A stretch of 57,319 nucleotides of DNA, the filler included, from Sphacelaria rigidula (taxonomy: Eukaryota): NCBI GenBank assembly GCA_964200075.2. It is 5 parts of 5 records of this genome, joined end to end, with 100 filler letters (N's around TTAATTAATTAA, not from the genome) between each part and the next. Parts side by side here need not be neighbours in the genome. Positions count along the whole stretch, not along the records: positions 45,937 to 57,319 come from CAXNAA020004989.1; 4 more parts are not named here. One strand, given 5' to 3'. Shown one piece after another: positions 48,021 to 57,319 of this stretch. The position numbers and the translations under genes are program-made. Below the pieces are notes generated by a model. That model was not told the origin of the DNA, made no database searches, and saw only the letters and a program-made list of their open reading frames with translations. Numbering within the stretch: position 1 is the first letter of the stretch; each line of letters opens with the position of its first letter.

Positions 48021-51000
48021 GTGCCCCTTCTCGAGTATTTTGTGTTGTTAACGAGTGAACAATAATTCAGATCTTTATTCAACCTCTTGATTACACCGCA
48101 CATCAGACCTGTTCGATTTTTCATGCTCGCGGGCTACTGTACTCTGAAGTAGTTATCTTATGGTATATGGGACGCAATATCATTCGGTAATTGTTGGAAA
48201 TCTCATTAATAGAAATGGCAGATAATACAGCCTAAAAGTAAGCATTGTTTTTCTACCCGACTTGACAGATAATATTTGCTCACCATACATGCGTTGATCC
48301 TCGCCTGTATGTGGAGTCCTCTGTGACGTATCGTGCGTACAATATATTTTCGAGCAAGCTGGGGGTCCCTCTATAGTGCGTTTCCTCCATAGTTCGGGTT
48401 CCCACCACAATGCGGTCAACATCGCTTGCCACAAGTTCGACTCGCTATACTGGTATCAGGTAATTACAATGTACCACTACAGTGCGGGGCTCCCGTATAG
48501 TGCGGTTACATCGGGCGGGCGACTTACCACACGATGCTGGGACCCACCGTGTTTGATACCATATACCCTGTCAATAAAACAAAAACTAAGGGTGCCTACT
48601 TCGAAATCCCCAGGACATGACGCAAGCCTCGTCTATGGTCTGTGATCTGTGAGGCGGAGTGGGCGGGGGATGTTTATTTTGATCTTGATCGAATATGGCC
48701 ATGGACTATATCGGATACCGACCCTCTGCTCCTCTCCCCTCCCTTTTACCTTACTGGCAATTCTGATGCTGTTGTGGGAAGCGTCTTGGATGGCCAACCA
48801 AGTGCCTGCAGCAGATCCAAGTGATACAATCGCCAGCAAGTGGCAACACCATGTCGTTGCGTACCCGGAGGAGTTCATGAGAATGTCCCCGATAACGGAG
48901 GGCTTGAGAGCAGCCTGTTTTTTCGTTTTTTCAGGCAGCCAGCGCACAGCAAAAAGGATCGGTCACATACATATGCATACACACATTCAAGACACACTCA
49001 TGGGCGACTACTGATAATAAAACAAGTGCTGCAGATGTTCTTCGAGTCCATCCACATTCCTTCGCTTCAACTAACATCACCCGTTGCGTACCGCAACACC
49101 CCCCCGTTACTCGGTTGTCGCACCCCCAATATATATCATTTCCCGATTTTGTGTTCTCGGGACGCGAAGAGTCACACTGTCAAAAGGAGCAGGTGCGACG
49201 AGATATTTTCAAGGATGCGCCATGCCCTCGGGCGATGCCATGGGCACCATCGCTGCCGAGATAAGGGGTGTCTTGGAAAATCTATATAATGAGAAAGTGT
49301 TGGTGAAGGGTGTTGAGGTTTTCACACAAACGGCGACGGAATGAACGCCTTCACACACACCGCACTACCAATGGAATGCTACACGAGCTGCAGCTTGAAG
49401 AACAAAAGACCGCGGCCGACTCTGCAATGTCGCTCCAGCGGGTAGGTTTTGTGGACGACCGAGCGACATCTAGTGCTCATATGGTTACGGTGTTGGGCGA
49501 TAGGTTCTACAAAAAATATATTCATACTTCTTGTTTCACCATGCGGGACAAGCAGGCGAATGTCGCGATGGCGTCTTGCACGGTAGTCCACACCAGAGAC
49601 TTTCATATCAACTGAAACAGTCGTTGGATGTGTGAACAGCCGCTCGACCTTCGCTTGAACGCGCCTCAAGCTCCACAGACTCAAATAAAACGATGCGGAT
49701 CCTCACAGTACTGCATCAGGGCACTCCGATTGCGCGACCTGTTTCCAAGTTCAATGAACTCTAGCTCCCAGCTGTGCTGCCTGCGCTCCAACAAGAAAAT
49801 GGCTGGTGACTCATGCCGCCATTCCGCACGTGTGCTAACGCGTCTGCCCCCATAAGTTCTCAAGCACAGCAAGTGACAATCGCTTGTATGTGTGACGCCG
49901 GCCAGAGGAAGGACTGGTGGATCACTGCTGTTGAGGGATTCCCGAGTCTCACTGGCTTCAGGTTCAGTTGTCAGCCTTCAGAACATCTCCTATTAGTAGG
50001 AGTGACCTTCCAAGGTATCAGCCTTTCTAGACCCGCAGGTTATCCTCCCCGTGCCCCCACTCATAATCCATATCATCACTACCAACTCAACGTAACGGTG
50101 TATATTCGTCACATATGTCTGGTATCACCGGCACACGCATTGTAAGCACTAACCCTCACCGGTCCTATTCCGCACTTGTCACCTCAATCAAAATGATGAC
50201 TCTCATGCAAATCGGATACAATCCAAATTTACTGAGCAATTCTCCCGCTCCCCACGAAACACACATTCCCTCGATTGAAAATGTACCAATATTTTCGCCT
50301 TCAAAGTACGAATTTTCTTGGGCAGAACAATAGTTGTGCAAGCACAATGCGGTCAAGCCGCAGTGCGAACCGCTTCGGAGAATGAGTACGAGAAACAGGG
50401 AGCGGGGTTCGGAGCTTATTGGAAATAAACGAAGATGGATGAAAGACGGGAGTTTAGAGTGACGAAAAGAGGAACCGTTGTACCACGTAATATGTAGCCT
50501 CATTTCTGAATGTGCATTCAGAGTAGAGGGTAGAGCTGGATGTGTGTGATGTGTGTCGTGTTGCCATGTATTCTGGATGTCAGTTTACACCCTTCGGTAC
50601 ATGTGAGCGCATCATCACCCGGGGTCACACAGGAGGAAGATCAACACAGCAGTTTTCGACCTTTTACTTTGTTTTGGCACTCCAACTTCCTTCAGCGGTG
50701 CTGTCCTATTCTTGATCGCGAGAAGGGTTCAGCCCTTCCCTTCCCCCGTTGACGGTGATGTGTGTTTATGTGTGCGCGTCTTGAAAGCACGAAATTACGA
50801 CAGTATTGGAGAAACACGCCGTGCCTGCACCGAACACAGGTATACCAAACGCCACCGCGGTACACATATATCCGAAAACTAAGAACGCCTGTCTATGTTG
50901 TGATGTATCCCTCGTCTACATACCATGACTGAGTTGTCTGGTGGGAGCAATTAATGCAAATGGCTATACGACGGGACATACCAATCAAATGGCGCAAACG

Positions 51001-51905
51001 CTGGCGCTGAGGTCGCCGACAGGAGAAGACACAGCAGCAAGATCTTTCGCGAGCAGCGTTGAACGTAGAGGTATACTGCAGCACCGTAATCCAGATACTA
51101 TCATTACGGTTCTATAAAAAAAATCAACAATTCCATCATGGGCACGTGAGGTCGGTGCAACAAGAGCTCTGCAACTTGCTCTCGACGCGCGCGGAAAGAA
51201 CAACAGCCCGCCCACACAACTGCGGAAATGTCCCAAGAAGTCATCATCATGTAGGCGTAAGGTCCAAGATGATGCATGCTGTTTTTGCCAAGCCGATTCA
51301 ACGATCATTTCCTATGAAACGTGAAGAATTTTCCCTCACCAAAACCGCAACGGCCGTGTGAAAAGCGCAGCTGGCCCACAGCGCCTGGGTAGCGAGTTGC
51401 TTGTCTTCGCCCCCACCACGAGTCTCCAACGCAACAGCACGGAATGTCTCGGGTTTAGTGACCCTTTATAAGAACGGCCATGGCAGGCAACAGAGCACAT
51501 ACACGCGCGGGGGGCAAAGGGGGAGGGAGAGGGCGGGCGCGGACGCGTGGAACACCCAGTCGAATAGATAATAAGATCCTTTTCGCTAGTCGAGTCCGCC
51601 GTATATTATGACATCTTGAAGTTCAATGCAAGGATCCAAATGATGTGCCTTTATCGGTCCGATTAGCCACTCCACATGTACAGTACAGTAGTCAACCGCT
51701 GTGCTGCTGCTGCTGCTTCACCCTGCCTTGTGTAAGTACAGCGTACACATGCCGCGCAGACTCGCGGCTCTCGTGCATGTACCCAATCCACGACACTAGA
51801 GCGACATAACATCATGCACACACCGAATGTCTCACAGTATTTCACCAACCGACACACTTCGTGCGACAACATGCGACCGGAGGAGTATCATGGTCACAAA
51901 CATAC

Positions 51906-52030
51906 CAGCGGTTGAGAGGGATTTCCTTCTGCGTCCTGAGCTGTTTGCCGCTGCTGATAGACCGCGGAATCGGCGATGCCGAAGCGGTGAAAGCGACCAG
52001 GGCTAGCGAGATAATGGCGCAGTACTTCAT
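51906..52030 (-). CDS. First exon encoding a signal peptide (MKYCAIISLALVAFTASA|SP...); product unknown
   Basis: ACCATG start, hydrophobic core, A-S-A cleavage site, TG|GTATGT donor. Confidence 0.55.
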
Positions 52031-52320
52031 GGTTGAGGATTTCAGGCGCGGCTGATAGGCTCGATGAAACAGAGAGATGAGTTTGTAGTAGCAGTCGGTG
52101 GGTGGGGGTGTGTGGCAGGTTGCGCAAAAAGCCGCTAGCGACAAATAGAGCGGGTGTGAGCAGAGTATGTCATGACAACAGGGTGCATGACGGAACGATC
52201 GAAAAATGAGTTGCGCCGCATTTGAGAAAAACGCCTGTCTAGAAACTGGCGCCGTGCTGCCGTCTGCTTGTCGCGAACTTGTGTCGCGTATTTCGCAGTC
52301 GCCGGCTGTGTCTACGTTTC

Positions 52321-53374
52321 ATGATGAGGTGCTCTAATTTCGCGCTCGCTTTAATAACAACGCACTGGTCGCTGCTGGTGCGCAGTGGTTCTAGCTTCGC
52401 CGTCGTGACCCCAGCAAGTGTGAGGCGAGCTGTCCGTGACAGGCATGCGCTGCCGTTGAGCGCCGCCAGCAGCAGCTGGCTATCGCAGGTGACCAAGGAT
52501 TGGTGTGCTTCCTTGCGTAACTCTGCTGTGTGAATCGATTGAGCATGCTGATCGTGTTATGATATATTGTGCATGGAGTAGATTCTGCCCGTGACATACT
52601 CGGAAACGTGACGTATCATGCGCCAACGTGTCGAGTGTCAGTGTCAGCGAGTGTATGACGGGGTTTAACACCCCTACACGTCGATAACACATTTGATTTT
52701 CAAGTTTCCCACGCTCCTCGTACATCAGCTGTCTCGGTATCAACACCATGTTTCACCCCCTAAATATCTCTTTCATCATTCAATGTTTCGTTAGAAGGTT
52801 CCCAGGGACGCAACTCGCGGGGGGTGTTATCCTCCGGCGCGTACCGGAATGGTGCGATGTACTAACTTTGTTATAGATGTCAATGTATTCATCTGCGTAA
52901 GAGTCAAAGTTTAACACTCGGTTTACGTCAATCCTGGCCGCCTCTGATAGCGGTACAATTTGTACTGTCGAGCAGTCGTACCGGCCAGTTGTTGAGGATA
53001 CTGATGTCACCGGGTAACTAATTAGTGTACATTTTGCCCTATTTGTGTTTAAAAACAGCAACCCACTCCCATCCATGTTCAATTTCACCAATTGTAACGC
53101 CCACCAACTTTGGACTCGCGACGGATGGATACGCACATAGTGTATCGCATATTACCTGAGCTCACACCTCATCGACTCGCGATTAACGCCGCTTCGCAGT
53201 TCTGGCCGCAGACCACAAAAGCTGGCAACAAGGGGAGCAGAAGCACGGAGGATGCCCAAGTGGCTGGTTTGAAACAGGAGTTATTAGATGTAGTGCGAGC
53301 TACGGAGAGGGGGGTTTCGACGACGCCGGAACAGCGGGAGGAAATCGACCGTTTGATCGTTGCGCTCGAGCCAT
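52321..53374 (+). CDS. PAP/fibrillin (plastoglobule) family protein, exons 1-2 (52321-52488, 53200-53374)
   Basis: Bipartite plastid-targeting-like leader (..GSS|FAV, R/S/A-rich) spliced in phase 0 to LKQELLDVVRATERGVSTTPEQREEIDRLIVALEP, the fibrillin N-terminal motif. Confidence 0.85.
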
Positions 53375-55719
53375 GTAAGCGCGAGAGCCCTGCAAGCTGG
53401 GCTGGGCAAGAAGGCCTGTGTCCGACAGTCATAACTTGGGTTTTATTGTGATTCAGCTTCATGTAAAGGCATTGACGTAATGGTCCGATCCTGACCCAAA
53501 AGGTAGGTCACTTTACCTTGCTGATAGCATTTATTTCTTCGAGAGAAGGGTGACCGTTCGATGTCAGCACGTGCGTGACGCGATGTGAAGGGATTTTGAC
53601 ACTGCCATTTTTGTGCCGTTTCAGTAGTCAGTGGCGCAATCAAAATTGTGGCTGCTCACACCAACGGGGTCCCTCTTTGGTCACGTCAAACTCGCGCGCT
53701 GCGTCACGCAGTAGAACACGCCAGGCGCCCAACAGTGGGAGAGCATTTCGCTCTGTGCATTTGACGAAAGCAAGCGTATTGACAAGCGGCGATTGGCGCT
53801 GGGGCACGCCCTCAAGAAGTCAAAATTGTACCGAACTGTGCTGCCCATCACGTACGGTTTCTGCCATGCTTCCTTCTCGTGAGGTTCAGCCACAAGTTGT
53901 TGCATCAGTACTCAGACTGTACTGACTCTACTGTAGTGTACTGTACTATGAGTTCTGTTGTGCAGGGTATTTCTGCGCTGTGAAACTCAGTACAACAAAG
54001 TACAGCCATTGCTGGACAGACGGCAATAGTGTGGTGATGATCACTAGTCCAGTGCAAGTACAAGTAGTCGTACCGCGCAGGTATCAACAAGCACAGTGTA
54101 TGTCCGTCCTATCGTGATGTACGCCGTCCTCATATTCTCAAAGGGGCGGAAATCAGACACACATACGGACCAGTCAAAAAAAGATGTCTGTGCCGGGAAC
54201 TAAACCCTGGATACTTCCGCCCCACAAGATTTCAGTTGTACCGGTCACACCATCGGGACTCAACCCTGCACCTCACGACCGACGGACGCAGTTTCGAAAT
54301 TCGGCTTCTCGCACCCCAATTTTCGCAGTGTGGGCCTGAAACATTGAATCGTTACTAACAAAGTAGTCACGGGCATCATATGACCGACCCCTGTCTTTTT
54401 TTTTTCGCGAAGATATTTCCAATTCATTCGAGTTCGTCGTATATCGGCGAAAGAAATACATACTATATATATGGTGCGCAACATCTCGATGAAAACGTTA
54501 CTAAACCGCGTGTCGTATTTTCAGACCCCAACTCTGAAAGTTGACCTGCGCGTGATTATGGCGCATCCCCCGCCTCCAGTGGTCACTCAGTTCAAGAACT
54601 TCACCATGCGCAACTCAGAGAGTCGCGCGTTGAGATGTTGGCGAACTCATCGGCTCTTGGCCGGCCCAGCTTGTATGTTATCGTAAAAAATCAAGGGTAT
54701 CGTAACAGCATTCGCGTGGCAGGTCTGATGAGAACATGAAGTCGTGGCCTGTTCTATTCGATCACGCGAGGAGCACAGGTGCCTCACTACCGCCGTCACC
54801 TTTGGCGTTTGTAGGATATTTGTAAGTGATGATTTGTCTTGTTGTAACGTTGTGTTTGCTGCTTTTGAAACAGGTTGTCGTTCACGTGTCGAAAGTTCTC
54901 GACTTGTTCCTTCTGACACCCGCCAGGCACTCGCACAAGAGCCCCGAGCACCAATACTTCAACCTTCTCCACTCCATGCCTACAGGCGCACCATTGATAC
55001 CTGGCGAGCACACTTGCTGTCGGCGAGGTTTTGTGGGATATGATGTGTATCTAGGGTTGGACGCTTTCGTCGGTTTTTACTTCGAGTGCCGTCAATCAAT
55101 CGATCTCAGGTCTGAGTAATCAGAGAACTGCTGTAGGTCCACGTTCACGGCACCCAGAGACACCCGCCGACCGTCAAGTCACGGAGTATATCATTTGCGG
55201 TGAGGAAAAAAAACTCCACCTTCGACGTTCTCGTGAACTGCGGTGGTCGCGCCGCCGAAAATTGAGCGAACTAGAGATATCTTGTCGACATCTTCTTGCG
55301 AGCGGGATCTTGGTGTCAATGCGGAGTGTATTTGCGTCCTGGTGTGAACGTAAAGTCGACATTGGGAGTCCTCATCGCTCCGGGGATGCACGCCGTGGCC
55401 TACGGTACACACACTGTATCACCCGACTGTCCCGCAAACGCTTGCTAACAGCTGCGTCGTGCCATGCGCTCGTCGAGTCTCGACGCGTGACGCAGTTACT
55501 CCCTCTCTTGTATTTATCCCCTCGAACTCGTGGACCCCTTGTTGGATGCTAGACGGACAGGCTTTACAGGGGGTGGGGGTTGGGGGGCGGGGTCGGACTT
55601 CAACAACAACCTGCACCTGAGGGACTTGACCCGAACTTTGGAAACTTTGGACTGAACACTTACCCGCAATTATGTCTCTATTCGAGTAACAAGGGGGGGC
55701 GTACTCATTTGTGGCTTGC

Positions 55720-55870
55720 CTTAGTCGTTTAACCGTTGACCACGCATCCCTTTCGAGACGCAGCATCGTTCCTACTCCCAATAGAGACACTCCCGACATT
55801 TTGATGCCCGTTGCGTTCCTTCCATATTTTACACGTACGCATCCATATCTCCAGCCTTGGTCGACAAAAC
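55720..55870 (-). mobile_element. Second copy of the LINE 3' end seen at 34470-34630
   Basis: TTGA.CACGCATCCCTTT.GAGACG.AGCA.CGTTCCTACTCC is shared. Confidence 0.7.
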
Positions 55871-57319
55871 AGCGACCTATAATATAGGCCGTTACTATTT
55901 TTGCACATACTGTGGTACACAACTGTTTTTCTTGTTGTTGAATTTTCAAGCTGTCGAAAAAAAAAACAATTTTTCGGCTCGTAATCATCCATGTTCAGCG
56001 CGTCCGGATGTGTGTGCACCTTTTTCACCTTTTCGCAGGACTGCGATCGGTGGTTACCGACATCATCTACACTCGGAAGCCCTTTGCCTACGAGCGTGCG
56101 TTGTGCTTTTTGTGATCGCTCACCATCGGAGGCTTGATCAGTTCATTGGTTAACTGACTGACTGTTGCACATTAGCTGATTCCCAGGGAATCCAACCCCG
56201 TGGTTGGTCAGTCACGAGATAGACGTACGTGGCCACGGGAGACATGACGGAAACACGCTAGAGGAAGGAAGGAAATACACGACCTAAAAAAAAGGGGGAA
56301 AAAAAGAGACGAAAACGAAGAAACGGGAAACATACGAGAACGAGGAGCTATGTGCGTGGCTGAAATAAATGCCCCCTCCCCCTCCCGCCCTCCTCCCCCC
56401 CGTCCTCTCTGTCTTCTTGACGATAGAGTTGTGCTGTCAGTCACCGAGAGGTCTGAACTTGTTCGACACCTTAGCACTCCGCAACGATACTTGCGAATCG
56501 TCCACGTCATGGCTTCTCGTCTGCAGCTGTGTCACGTACTCTACTCGGCGATGTCAACGGTGTACTACCTGTGTTGAAGGCCTTGGCTTCGTCCCTGGTG
56601 TACGCTATACATGCTGTCTGCAGATTAAGGCAGGCGATATCTTCCTGGGTTTCGATTGATATCACGAATCCCACCACCTCCCCTACTCATGAGTACCCCT
56701 CGTGCGCGCTTCCTTTGAAGGGTTGGCGTCGGTTGGCAAAGACACTGGAAAGCACGTCACTCATTCCGTAAGATTAGGCAAACCAGCTTACCGTTTTTTT
56801 TCCCGCTTGCGTTTTTCTTGCGGCAACCGTGATGATGGTGGTCTAGCTATTGTAGTGTAGACTCATATGTGCGTGATGGAGAATTTCAATTCCACGCAAA
56901 GGGGATGATCGTACACTCTCAATACGGAGTATTTGAATGACGAGACACCCCTGAGGCGGTGCAAGCCGTGGACTGTCTCCGGGAGTAGCGATACCAGAAG
57001 ATGGAAGTAAGTCTGTATGCTACGGCCCGAACAACCTTGGTGGGATGCAGCTCACCCTCCACGCGACTCGCCGAACACATCACGGCGCTTCGCGCTTGGT
57101 GATTGATTGCGAGCCTTGTCCGGCGATAACCCGGCGTGCTCCGTCCCGGCTTTGTAGGGGTGCAAAGTCAATGGTCTCATGACTACGGCATGCAAGATCA
57201 TGATTACGCCTTCTATTCCCCCCCCCCCGCCCGGCGAAACAGCTCCGTCTCGAAAGGGATGCGTGGTCAATGGTCACACGACTAAGGCAAGCAACAAATG
57301 AGTACGCCCCCCCCGCCCG

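Noticed and set aside
49200-49700. KDZ/Zisupton-like transposase remnant (GDRFYKKYIHTSC, MCEQ)
   Set aside because: Motif resemblance is too weak and fragmented without a profile search.
45569-52030. Signal-peptide exon at 52030 as the first exon of MPI
   Set aside because: It lies on a different piece, and no N-terminal MPI motifs (YxWG, ELWMG, LSIQxHP, NHKPE) were found in 45937-51900.

Overview
Eukaryotic, intron-rich and repeat-rich DNA; the gene content (NB-ARC-TPR with one-TPR-per-exon cassettes, a bipartite plastid-targeted fibrillin, MPI) points to a brown alga (inference). The window is not one locus: four identical N44-TTAATTAATTAA-N44 spacers join five pieces of 11384/11384/11384/11384/11383 bp, probably size-sorted contigs. 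Piece 1 holds a damaged NLR-like gene (helical N-domain, NB-ARC, TPR) whose TPRs are 126-bp phase-0 exons in a ~418-bp exon+intron tandem array. Piece 2 holds a decayed Ty1/Copia element with its 5' LTR and a decayed ~5.8-kb Academ(X)-like transposon ORF (DDE-type region, XPG/PIN nuclease, Cys-rich finger). Piece 3 holds nested foldback elements and a spliced, decayed minus-strand gene that begins with a ParB/Srx domain plus HTH and ends in a beta-class amino-methyltransferase-like fold, head-to-head with a transposase-like ORF; this is the most unusual item. Piece 4 holds a LINE 3' end and the last three exons of mannose-6-phosphate isomerase. Piece 5 holds the start of a PAP/fibrillin gene divergent from a signal-peptide exon. 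All domain calls come from reading motifs by eye; no searches were run.
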